From positions 2,656,001 to 2,720,000 of the forward strand of contig OY969801.1 in the NCBI GenBank assembly GCA_963703225.1: a stretch of 64,000 nucleotides of DNA, given 5' to 3'. Both the position numbers and the translations under genes were made by a program. Each line of letters starts with the position of its first letter. The stretch's first letter is position 1. Under the pieces are notes generated by a model that worked only from the letters and a program-made list of their open reading frames with translations, did not search any database and was not told the origin of the DNA. Source of the stretch: Candidatus Eiseniibacteriota bacterium (GTDB taxonomy: Bacteria; Eisenbacteria; RBG-16-71-46; SZUA-252). Positions 40,992 through 49,287 of the stretch are shown piece by piece.

Positions 40992-41005
40992 ATGATTTCC
41001 GTCAT
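40992..41005. promoter_or_regulatory. FNR/DNR-like box 2 (possible autoregulation)
   Basis: ATGAT-N4-GTCAT, about 20 bp upstream of the Crp/Fnr ATG. Confidence 0.55.
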
Positions 41006-41024
41006 ACGCGGACGGGGAGGAACG

Positions 41025-41777
41025 ATGGAATTGGGCGGAGGTGCGAACCCGGTTCAGCGAGCCGTGCGCTCGCTTCCGGTCTTCCGCGGGCTCTCCCAGG
41101 ACGACCAGCGAAGGGTCGCCGCGCTCGCCACTCTGCGGGAGTACCAGAGAGGCGACCCGCTGTGGCATGAGGGCGATCCAGCCGAGTCGCTCACCGTGAT
41201 CGTGCGCGGGCGGGTCAAGATCGTTCGGCAGGCGGAAGGGGGAGACGTCATTCTCGAGATTTTCGGGGAAGGCGAGCCTGTCGGCGCCATCGCCGTCTAC
41301 AACTACATGCCCTATCCCGCGAGCGCTATCTGTCTCGAGCCCGTGACGTTGCTCACCCTCCCGCGCCGCGACTACTTCGAGCTGCTCGATCGCCACCCTG
41401 ATTTCGCCCGCGCGATCATTCGTGAGTTGACAAAGCTCGTGGTCGCGTTGACACGGAAGGTGGAAGAGATGCGCGGGCAGAGAGTGGAGGTGCGGATCGC
41501 TCAACTCTTCCTGACGCTGGCCGAGCGGATGGGAAAGGAGGTGAAAGGCGGCATCGAGATTCCGATTGAGCTCTCGAGGCAAGAGGTGGCGGACCTCGTC
41601 GGGACTACCGTCGAATCCGCGATCCGGGTCCTCTCGCGTTGGGGGCAGGAGAAGGTATTGATTACCGGTGAAAAGCGTTTCTTGCTCCCCTCCCGGGAGC
41701 GCCTGGCTAAGATCTCGGAAGGCGGGCCAGAAGGGGAGGCCGTGCCGGTGCCTCCGCGCCGAAAGCGGGGCGGGTGA
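41025..41777 (+). CDS. Crp/Fnr family regulator (DNR/NnrR-like, no FNR Cys cluster)
   Basis: cNMP-like domain (EGDP, GRVKI, GE, YPASA) and HTH SRQEVADLVGTTVESAIRVLS; SD GGAGG. Confidence 0.93.
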   Translation: MELGGGANPVQRAVRSLPVFRGLSQDDQRRVAALATLREYQRGDPLWHEGDPAESLTVIVRGRVKIVRQAEGGDVILEIFGEGEPVGAIAVYNYMPYPASAICLEPVTLLTLPRRDYFELLDRHPDFARAIIRELTKLVVALTRKVEEMRGQRVEVRIAQLFLTLAERMGKEVKGGIEIPIELSRQEVADLVGTTVESAIRVLSRWGQEKVLITGEKRFLLPSRERLAKISEGGPEGEAVPVPPRRKRGG

Positions 41778-41820
41778 GCGTTCGGGTGGGCAGCGGGCCC
41801 ATCGGAGCACACCACGCCCG

Positions 41821-42243
41821 CTATTCCGGAATGTCGTAGAGGAATGCCCGGCGGAGGCGATTCGGACGAAGGCCCGGATCGAGGCCGGATGTCAGCCAGG
41901 AGGCCCAGCTCCGCGCGTCAGCCTCGGTCACTTCGTCGGGGAGAAATTCGATGCCGCCATAGCTGAACCTATCGCGGCTCCATGCCACATTGCTCTGCTT
42001 GTAGAAGAAGGCGCAGATGCGCTCCTTCCCAGCCCGCGGCCTGAAGAGCTTCATTCGGCAGCGGCCTGGCCCTCCCGATGCAAGCTCGATGGGGGCAAGC
42101 TCTAGTCCCGCCGAATCGGCCGCCACCTCAAATCGTTCCGGTGCCAATTCGAAAACCCGGACGACCAAATCCAGCCCCGGACTCTGGCGCAGCTCCGCCC
42201 GGATCTTGGCCAATACCCCTGGATCGCTTCGGTTGCTCAGCAC
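41821..42243 (-). CDS. Hypothetical protein coupled to the radical SAM gene
   Basis: 140-aa ORF whose GTG overlaps the rSAM stop; WSRDRFSYGG...W--WL-SGL-P--RP--LRRAF-Y-IPE. Confidence 0.7.
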   Translation of the reverse strand: MLSNRSDPGVLAKIRAELRQSPGLDLVVRVFELAPERFEVAADSAGLELAPIELASGGPGRCRMKLFRPRAGKERICAFFYKQSNVAWSRDRFSYGGIEFLPDEVTEADARSWASWLTSGLDPGLRPNRLRRAFLYDIPE

Positions 42244-43481
42244 GTCCGCGGGGCCGCGATCGCCGAAGCAGCGATCGGGCGCGGCTCGAGCTTTCTGGTA
42301 AAGACCGGTTTGGCCGCCTGGCGCATGATGCCCAGCCAGCGCTCGTAGAGCCACGTGGAGAGGCCGGGCCTCGCGAGGTAGCGGGTATCGTCGGGCTGGC
42401 AGACGAGGCTCACCTCGATGTTGGGTGCGGCACCGATGGGAATGCGATGCCGCTTGCACGCCTCGTAAACGTGTTCGAACACAAGGCGCATGTCCTCGTA
42501 TCGCGGTGAGGGATGCCGCTCCATGTCGGAACCGATCACCGGGCGAAACACACAGACCGTCGGGAACGCCCCGACGCTCGTGATGTAGTCGATGGCCCTG
42601 AGGGTGTCCTCGACCGGTTCGACGCCGGCGATGATCTCGCCGGAGACCGCGCCCTTGCCCAGCTTCCGCGACGTGTATTCGAGCGCGTCGAAAAACGCGC
42701 GCTGCCCGAGGGTCGCCTGCTTCCCGGGAAGGTAACGCGCGAAATATTCCGGGTTGTGGAACTCGTAGCAGAAGGAAAAGTGATCTGCCCCCAGATCGAT
42801 CAGCCAGTCGTACTTCCAGAGGTCTCTCGTCGGCGTGAGCTGTACGCCGATCAGCGCGCCGACCTGCTCCTTCACCGCCTTCACGTACGGGGCCGCTTCC
42901 TCGTGGCTCCGCTTGGAGTAGCCGCTATTGAAGTGGACGAACGTGACCCCCGATTCCTCCTTGGCCGCTCGGCAGACTTCGGTGACGTCGCCGAGATCCT
43001 TGACCGCGACTTCGTTCACGCCGACATTGGCGCCCGTCGTGCAGAAGGCGCAATTGAGCGGAGGATTGGAGTACCAATAGAGGCACGAATTGGAGATGTA
43101 GATGCCAAGATAGGTGCCCTGGAGAATTCCGACGCGCCGCATCGGTGTGCCGCGGCTGGTACGGCTCGAGTACCACTTCGGCTCCCGTGGAATCCGAACG
43201 GGATAGCCCTCAAGGGTACGCTCGTCCAACGCGATATAGTCCTGGTTGGCCTTTACGAGGAGATAGGGTGACCTTTGGGCGAAGTCCTCCTCAACGGGAA
43301 CGTTCGTCCAGATCTCCTTGAGCGGCCCCGGGAGAACCAGCTCCAGGCCGGAGCCCAGTCCGGCGCGCATGCGCGTGACCTGCCGGCCGTCGCTTAGGAG
43401 CGTGCAGGAGGGATCGATGCGGATGCCGGAACAGAGGAGATCGATCTCCAACTCGCACGGATTGAGAGGCTGCGGATTCAT
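42237..43481 (-). CDS. Radical SAM protein with atypical CX10CX2C motif (MSMEG_0568-like)
   Basis: CLYWYSNPPLNCAFC, then GEIIAGVEP and PTVCVFRP--GS as in MSMEG_0568/BioB-like folds. Confidence 0.85.
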   Translation of the reverse strand: MNPQPLNPCELEIDLLCSGIRIDPSCTLLSDGRQVTRMRAGLGSGLELVLPGPLKEIWTNVPVEEDFAQRSPYLLVKANQDYIALDERTLEGYPVRIPREPKWYSSRTSRGTPMRRVGILQGTYLGIYISNSCLYWYSNPPLNCAFCTTGANVGVNEVAVKDLGDVTEVCRAAKEESGVTFVHFNSGYSKRSHEEAAPYVKAVKEQVGALIGVQLTPTRDLWKYDWLIDLGADHFSFCYEFHNPEYFARYLPGKQATLGQRAFFDALEYTSRKLGKGAVSGEIIAGVEPVEDTLRAIDYITSVGAFPTVCVFRPVIGSDMERHPSPRYEDMRLVFEHVYEACKRHRIPIGAAPNIEVSLVCQPDDTRYLARPGLSTWLYERWLGIMRQAAKPVFTRKLEPRPIAASAIAAPRTC

Positions 43482-43503
43482 GTGCTGCGATCGGCCCGGG
43501 ACG

Positions 43504-43980
43504 CTACTTGGCGGGCGTGGGTGCCGGAAGGAGCCTCGCCTGAGTGACCTCGATGATGTGCATGCCCCGCCGCTCGAAGGCTCCTCCGACAATCTCGACG
43601 TTTCGCCCCGCCCACCCCTTGCATAGGACGAACGGATCGGGGGTCGTGAACGATGTCGGAGCCATGGCGCGGGCGTGATCCAGGGTGAGCATGTAGAGCA
43701 TGCTGTCGGGGCCCATCATCCCCATGCAGACACCCGAGGCGATGCACCGGAGCGCGCAATCGCGATGGACGGTCCCGCGGAATCCCCGCACCACGTAGCA
43801 GCTCATGTCGAGAATCTCCCCCTGCAGGGTGATCGGGGGTTGAGGCACCCGTCGCGCGGGCGCGGCGCTCGGCTTCGCGCCAGGCTGGGCGGGAACCTCT
43901 TTCGTGGGGGTCTGAGCGGTGACAGCCAGGGCTGCCGCGAGCAGGACGGCGATTCCCAGAATGGCGCGGGTGCGCTTCAT
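43504..43980 (-). CDS. Secreted Cys/His-motif hypothetical protein (OB-fold-like)
   Basis: Signal peptide; ITLQGEILDMSCY...HRDCALRCIASG; SD GGAGG. Confidence 0.75.
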   Translation of the reverse strand: MKRTRAILGIAVLLAAALAVTAQTPTKEVPAQPGAKPSAAPARRVPQPPITLQGEILDMSCYVVRGFRGTVHRDCALRCIASGVCMGMMGPDSMLYMLTLDHARAMAPTSFTTPDPFVLCKGWAGRNVEIVGGAFERRGMHIIEVTQARLLPAPTPAK

Positions 43981-44065
43981 CGATGATCTCCCTCCGGGCG
44001 CGTCGGCCGGTCGGATGAGCGAAATGTGCGCCGCGCCTCAAGTAACAGCATACCAGGGCGCTCCG

Positions 44066-44117
44066 CGGGCTACCCATACTGCTTCGGTAGTAGTTGGTGC
44101 GGCACCAAAGTAGCCCG
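44066..44117 (+). other. Compact three-way-junction structured element (candidate ncRNA or cis-element)
   Basis: P1 CGGGCTAC/GTAGCCCG, P2 TACTGC-TTCG-GTAGTA, P3 TTGGTG-CGG-CACCAA. Confidence 0.5.
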
Positions 44118-44130
44118 GCTAGAGGCGGCG

Positions 44131-45033
44131 CTACCGGGAGAGGAAGATGATCTCGAGTTGTTGGTGGGGTTCGCTGTTGGCGTCAAAGAGGTCGGCCACG
44201 GCGCCGGTATCGCGGACCTCGAATCGCCCCGACGCGGCGTCCACGATGACAATCCGGGCGAAGAGCGATCGGACGATCGCGGCGTACCGGTCGCGGTCGA
44301 GACCGGCGCGGCGGATTCCGTAGGGCCAGAACTCGCTCAGCACGGGCGCGCCGTGCGAGAGCGTTTGCCGGGCCCCTCGAAAGAAATGCCCCTCAAATCC
44401 CTGAATGTCGGCCCAGATGAGCCCGATCCGCCCGGGGTCGACGGCCGCCTCCACCGCGAGCAAATCGTCGAGCGTGCGCGCGGAAACGCGCGCGGTGTGC
44501 CTGCCCTCCTCTTTCATCAAAGCGGGGCCGAGGGTCCGCTCGGCGCGCACGCGGTGGTCTCCGAAATTCTCTTCTGAGATCTCCATCTCCACCTCGCCGC
44601 TCGCGTCCGACATGGCGTACGGGAAGGCGCGAATCCGGTCTTGAAATCCGTTCTGCTCGATGTTCCAGGTCAGGAGCGCGAAATTCTGAGGGTTGGGTTC
44701 GATCGCGATCGCCTCGCGGAAATAGTCGCGCTTCAGCATCGCGATGCAGATCATTCCGATGTTCGCGCCCACATCCAACAGGATATCGGCGCCGGATCTC
44801 CCCACGTGCCCTTCTCGCCTTAGGTAGTCGACGGAGCGCGTGATGAGATCGAGCTCCCAGGCACGCTGGACGTAGAGGGCTCTGGCGTTGTGGAGATCCA
44901 TGTTGCTGAACGAGAGAAGCCCGTTCGCGGTGGGGACGGTGAGGATGCGCGGCGTCCGCCCCGGGCCCCCGCGCACCATCTCCCAGCGCATCTTTCGATA
45001 CGCGCGGCGGATCCGCTGCCCGATCGGTGGCAC
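44131..45033 (-). CDS. FkbM family methyltransferase
   Basis: LDVGANIG, AIEPNP-N, ARTLDD and IWADIQGFE. Confidence 0.92.
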   Translation of the reverse strand: MPPIGQRIRRAYRKMRWEMVRGGPGRTPRILTVPTANGLLSFSNMDLHNARALYVQRAWELDLITRSVDYLRREGHVGRSGADILLDVGANIGMICIAMLKRDYFREAIAIEPNPQNFALLTWNIEQNGFQDRIRAFPYAMSDASGEVEMEISEENFGDHRVRAERTLGPALMKEEGRHTARVSARTLDDLLAVEAAVDPGRIGLIWADIQGFEGHFFRGARQTLSHGAPVLSEFWPYGIRRAGLDRDRYAAIVRSLFARIVIVDAASGRFEVRDTGAVADLFDANSEPHQQLEIIFLSR

Positions 45034-45039
45034 GCGACC

Positions 45040-45744
45040 CTATCCTTTTCGCCCGATGGCGTCGGCCCAACGACCGAAGACCACCCGCCCGACCCGCTCC
45101 ATTTCGCGGACGGCGGCGTGCGTCCGGGCGAGGACTACGCCGGCGTCGCCACCCGCCTCGCTCAGCTCGTCGTCGAAGGTTTCCACCATGGCGCGCACCA
45201 TCGGCTCGTCCATTTCCATGTGAAAGACGAGGCCGTACGCGGCCTGCCCGGAGCGAAACGCCTGGACAGGGGTCAGGTCGGAACGGGCGAGAAGCACCGA
45301 GTCCGGCGGGAGGTCGAACACGTCTCCATGCCAGTGAAAGGCCTCGAACGTTTGCGGGGCGTCTCTCCAAAGCGGATCGCGGGCGGCCGCTTCGGTCAGC
45401 GAGACCGGATACCATCCGATTTCCTTCCGGCCCGGCGCGACGTGGGCGCCCAGTGCTGCGGCGAGGAGCTGGCTCCCCAAGCAAACGCCGAGCACCGGTT
45501 TTCGCACGCGCAAAGCGTCGCGGATCAGGTCGATCTCCTCCCGCAGAAACGGATATCGGCTCTGCTCGTAGACGCCCATGGGCCCCCCCATCACGACGAG
45601 GCCGTCCCGCTCGGCCATGGAGGACGGAACGGGCTCGCCGGCGTAGGATCGGATGGTCTCCACCCGGATACCCCGCTCGTGGAGGGCGCCGGCGATCAAC
45701 CCCGGGGTCTCGGGCTCGGCATGCTGGAGGACGTATACTTTCAT
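45040..45744 (-). CDS. Class I glutamine amidotransferase-like protein
   Basis: MGGPM, GVCLGSQL, KEIGW, HWHGD and FHME catalytic triad. Confidence 0.92.
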   Translation of the reverse strand: MKVYVLQHAEPETPGLIAGALHERGIRVETIRSYAGEPVPSSMAERDGLVVMGGPMGVYEQSRYPFLREEIDLIRDALRVRKPVLGVCLGSQLLAAALGAHVAPGRKEIGWYPVSLTEAAARDPLWRDAPQTFEAFHWHGDVFDLPPDSVLLARSDLTPVQAFRSGQAAYGLVFHMEMDEPMVRAMVETFDDELSEAGGDAGVVLARTHAAVREMERVGRVVFGRWADAIGRKG

Positions 45745-45787
45745 GAAGGTTGTAGGTACCTATACCTCAAACGCGGGAGGTCAATCC

Positions 45788-46465
45788 ATGACGGTCGTGC
45801 GGGCGCGCCCTTGGAACACCATTGTACTGGCAACCATGATCGGGTGGTCCCTGGCCGCGGGCTTGCCTCGCTCGGCCCGCGCGGCCGCGCCGGCCGATTC
45901 ACCCCGCGCCACCGCCGACTTCGCGGGAGGCTGTTTCTGGTGCATGGAATCGCCCTTCGAGGCGCTCAGCGGCGTGATCTCGGTGACGTCGGGATTCTCC
46001 GGCGGCCCCGAGAAGAATCCGACCTACGCCCAGGTTTCGGCGGGAAAGACCGGGCACATGGAGTCGATCGAGGTGGTCTACGACCCGAAGAAGATCACCT
46101 ACAAGAAGCTGCTCGACGTCTACTGGCACAACATCGACCCGACGCAGGGAGACGGGCAGTTCTGCGATCATGGGACGCAGTATCGCTCGGCGATCTTCTA
46201 CCGCGACGAGAATCAGCGGCGCCTGGCGGCGGAGTCGAAGGACGCGATCGAAAAATCAAAGCGGCTCAAAAGCCCGATCGTGACCCGCATGATCGCGTTT
46301 CGGGCCTTCTATCCCGCCGAGGAATACCACCAGGACTATTACAAGAAGAACCCGGATCATTATCACGAGTATCGAACGGCATGCGGGCGGGATGAGCGCC
46401 TTCGGGCGATCTGGGGCAAAGACGCCGGCGGGACTAGCAAGGTCAGTCCGACGTCAGGATACTGA
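45788..46465 (+). CDS. msrA: Exported peptide-methionine (S)-S-oxide reductase
   Basis: AGGCFWC, GQFCDHG-QYRS and AEEYHQDYY; N-terminal signal peptide. Confidence 0.95.
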   Translation: MTVVRARPWNTIVLATMIGWSLAAGLPRSARAAAPADSPRATADFAGGCFWCMESPFEALSGVISVTSGFSGGPEKNPTYAQVSAGKTGHMESIEVVYDPKKITYKKLLDVYWHNIDPTQGDGQFCDHGTQYRSAIFYRDENQRRLAAESKDAIEKSKRLKSPIVTRMIAFRAFYPAEEYHQDYYKKNPDHYHEYRTACGRDERLRAIWGKDAGGTSKVSPTSGY

Positions 46466-46763
46466 ACAGCCACCACCGCTGCTTCGCGCCGCCCTTGGAG
46501 CGCGCCTGACGCTCGAAGTAGATCTTCATCTCCTTGCCGGAGCCTGTCCGGATACGATACCAGTGCTTCCGGATGTACCGGTCGGGCATCGCGGCCGTGC
46601 CTTGGCTCAGCTCCTTCCATCGCTCGAGCACCTCCGCGACGACCTCCTCTTCCCCGCGCCAGACGAACCGCTGCGGAAGGGCGGGCTCGCCGACGGCGAA
46701 GGGCACCGGGGAGGTCTCGAACAGAAGCGGCCGGATAGGCTCGCTGACGAGTTGCTCCTTCAT
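46443..46763 (-). CDS. Small conserved hypothetical protein (DUF6504-like)
   Basis: GEP-LP-RFVWRG...W...YIRKHWY...IYFERQ...WWL. Confidence 0.65.
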   Translation of the reverse strand: MKEQLVSEPIRPLLFETSPVPFAVGEPALPQRFVWRGEEEVVAEVLERWKELSQGTAAMPDRYIRKHWYRIRTGSGKEMKIYFERQARSKGGAKQRWWLFSILTSD

Positions 46764-46842
46764 GAGAGGTCTACGGTACCACGCCCAGAGGCTGCCCCCG
46801 ACGCTCGCAGCGCTCGGAATCGCCTTGTGGCATGCTATCGCT

Positions 46843-48381
46843 GTGCGGATACTTCCCACGATCGTAGCCGCCCTGGCCGCGTCCGCGGCGCTTCTCCTGT
46901 TCGCGCTGCCGGCCCAGTTCCGCCCATCTCATTTCCTTCCAGACGACTCCTACTTCTATCTGCAGATCGCACACAACGTCGCCTCGGGCAAAGGGAGCAC
47001 ATTTCACGAGATCACTCCCACGAACGGCTACCATCCACTCTGGCTGGGGATCTGTGTCGTCGCTGACCTACTCGCGGGTCGCGACAAGGGGGCCTTGCCA
47101 CGCGCCGTGTTCGCCGTTCAGGCCCTACTCACTGTGGGCATTGGATGGCTCTTCACCAAGATCTCCACCCGGCTCTCTCCCGGCAAGCCGTGGATCGCGC
47201 TGTCTATCCTGGCGACGTACTTCTTGACCGGGATGTACGGATCCGAGGCACACGTCAGCGGATTCTGTGTGGCCGCCGGCATCTATCTCCTGCTGATCGC
47301 GCGTGAGAACCCCGCGAGGGTGGCCGGCTGGATCCGGCTCGGCTTGGCCCTCGGTCTTGCGTTCCTGGCGCGGTTGGACAACGTCTTCGTGATCGGCGCC
47401 CTTCTTGCCCTGCCGCTTCTGGAGGCAGCGTGCGAGGGGCCGGGTCCGCTCTTGAGACGCGCATCAGCGGTTGGGATCCCGATGGCCGCCCTCGCGATCC
47501 CGTACCTTGCGGCCAATTTTCTCACGTTCGGACATCTCGTTCCGATCAGCGGCGCGATTAAGAGCTCGCTGCCCGAGGTGTCCTTCCGAATTTCCAATCT
47601 GGGCTATCTGGGTGCGGGCGTCTGCTTGGCTGCGGTGCTTTCTCTCGGGCTATCACTCGCGCGTGGCCGCCCCCTGCCAGCGCGCCCACTCTTCGCCGCG
47701 CTCGGCGCAGGCGTTCTCGCGCACGCCCTTTACATCGTGTGCCTCACCGACCCCGGGATCCCATGGTCCTGGTACTGGGTGCCCGGCGTGCTCAACCTCT
47801 GCCTTCTCAGCGTGGCGCTCTGCGATCGCCTACCTCAGCGGTTCGGCAGCGTATCCCGGGGGAGGCTTATCGCGGGCGCGGCCATCATCGTGGCGCTCCT
47901 CGGTGTGACGCGGGGCTGGCTCCGCTTCCGCGACGCCGAGGCGGCCGGCATCAACCGCTTCACTGTGCGGCAGAGTGTGAGTCGAGACCGCTGGCAGCGC
48001 GTCCTGGGCCTTTGGATGAGAGACCACCTTCCCCCAGGAAGCGGTGTGCTCGTGTGCGACCAGCCCGGTGCGCTCGCGTACTACTCCGATCTACGAATCC
48101 TTCCAGTCGATGGGCTCGTCAATGACTTTCGCTACAACGAGGAAATCGTGACGCTAGGGATCGGTGATTATCTGAGAAGGCACCGAGTGGGCTACTACCT
48201 TGGCCCGATCGTCGAGGGTCGTGCGCTCCCCCAGGAGGTCGCGATCCGGGCACCCCTGAACGGAGCGACCGCGGGCGTGCTCCTGCTTGGACCGGAAAGC
48301 CTCGTCGCCCGACTGTCGGAGATCAGCGCCACTGGGCCGGCCTGGGCGCTTTGGAGGCTGCCGCGTTCCGGCCCCTCATAG
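46843..48381 (+). CDS. GT-C superfamily membrane glycosyltransferase-like protein
   Basis: DDSYFYLQIA-N, TNGYHPLW, LARLD, GALAYYS and DGLVN; many TM helices. Start uncertain. Confidence 0.75.
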   Translation: MRILPTIVAALAASAALLLFALPAQFRPSHFLPDDSYFYLQIAHNVASGKGSTFHEITPTNGYHPLWLGICVVADLLAGRDKGALPRAVFAVQALLTVGIGWLFTKISTRLSPGKPWIALSILATYFLTGMYGSEAHVSGFCVAAGIYLLLIARENPARVAGWIRLGLALGLAFLARLDNVFVIGALLALPLLEAACEGPGPLLRRASAVGIPMAALAIPYLAANFLTFGHLVPISGAIKSSLPEVSFRISNLGYLGAGVCLAAVLSLGLSLARGRPLPARPLFAALGAGVLAHALYIVCLTDPGIPWSWYWVPGVLNLCLLSVALCDRLPQRFGSVSRGRLIAGAAIIVALLGVTRGWLRFRDAEAAGINRFTVRQSVSRDRWQRVLGLWMRDHLPPGSGVLVCDQPGALAYYSDLRILPVDGLVNDFRYNEEIVTLGIGDYLRRHRVGYYLGPIVEGRALPQEVAIRAPLNGATAGVLLLGPESLVARLSEISATGPAWALWRLPRSGPS

Positions 48382-48403
48382 CGTGATACTCTTCGTTCCA
48401 GCC

Positions 48404-49264
48404 ATGCTCCATGCCGACCCGACCCAATTCCGTACTCCTGACCTCCGAATCATCGAGGTCGACCGACTCGTCCCGCACGAGAAGGAGGATGAGCGCCGCA
48501 CGAAGGCTCTCGGTTCGCGGCTCAGCGAATCGGGGGTCCTGCGCAATCCCCCCATTGTGACGCCGACCGCTGAAGCGGGCGGGGACGGACGTTTCGTCGT
48601 CCTCGATGGGGCCAATCGGGTCTCCACGGTCCGCGCGGCCGGCTACCCACACCTCGTCGTGCAGGTGGTCCGCTATGAGGGCCCGGACGTCCGGCTCTCG
48701 ACGTGGCATCACGCCCTTGGAGCTGCGGCCGCCGAGGAGCTGGAGCGCGGGCTCGCGACGATCTCCGGCCTCGATCGGCGCCGCGAGGATGTGAGCCACG
48801 CGCGGGCGCTCTTAGCCCGGAGGGAATCGATCGCCTTTGTGGCGGCCGCGGGCGGCGACGTGACCTCCTTGCAGGGGGGCCACGACCTCCACGAGCGGAA
48901 CGCGCTCCTCAACGCGGTGGTCGATCTCTACCGCGGAAAGCACCCCTACTCGAGGGTCACCCGCGACTCGATCGAAGAGGCGCGGGAGGGACACCCGGAG
49001 GTCGCCTCGCTGGTGGTCTTCCCGCACTTTCAACCGGAGGAGATCCTGGAAGTGGCGTTGGGGGGAGCCCGCCTTCCGGCCGGAATCACCCGCCACGTGA
49101 TCGCGTGGCGCGCGCTCCGGATCAACATGCCCCTCGACATGCTCGCGGATCGCACCCGATCGACCGACGAGAAGAATCGGTGGCTCGCGGCGTGGATGGC
49201 GGAGCGGGTGGCCCAGAACGCGGTGCGCTATTACGAGGAGAGCACGGTCCTGTTCGACGAATAG
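48404..49264 (+). CDS. ParB/Srx-fold protein resembling SbnI/SerK free-serine kinases
   Basis: PHE, LRNPPIV, VLDGANR, LSTWHH, PAGITRH-I--R-L-IN-PL and RYYEES parallel the motifs I recall from S. aureus SbnI. Confidence 0.7.
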   Translation: MLHADPTQFRTPDLRIIEVDRLVPHEKEDERRTKALGSRLSESGVLRNPPIVTPTAEAGGDGRFVVLDGANRVSTVRAAGYPHLVVQVVRYEGPDVRLSTWHHALGAAAAEELERGLATISGLDRRREDVSHARALLARRESIAFVAAAGGDVTSLQGGHDLHERNALLNAVVDLYRGKHPYSRVTRDSIEEAREGHPEVASLVVFPHFQPEEILEVALGGARLPAGITRHVIAWRALRINMPLDMLADRTRSTDEKNRWLAAWMAERVAQNAVRYYEESTVLFDE

Positions 49265-49287
49265 CCGATGTGCGATCCTCTCTCTCC

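Noticed and set aside
48404..49264. Chromosome or plasmid partition ParB indicating a mobile element
   Set aside because: No HTH, parA or parS is present, and the C-terminal motifs resemble SbnI-type kinases instead.
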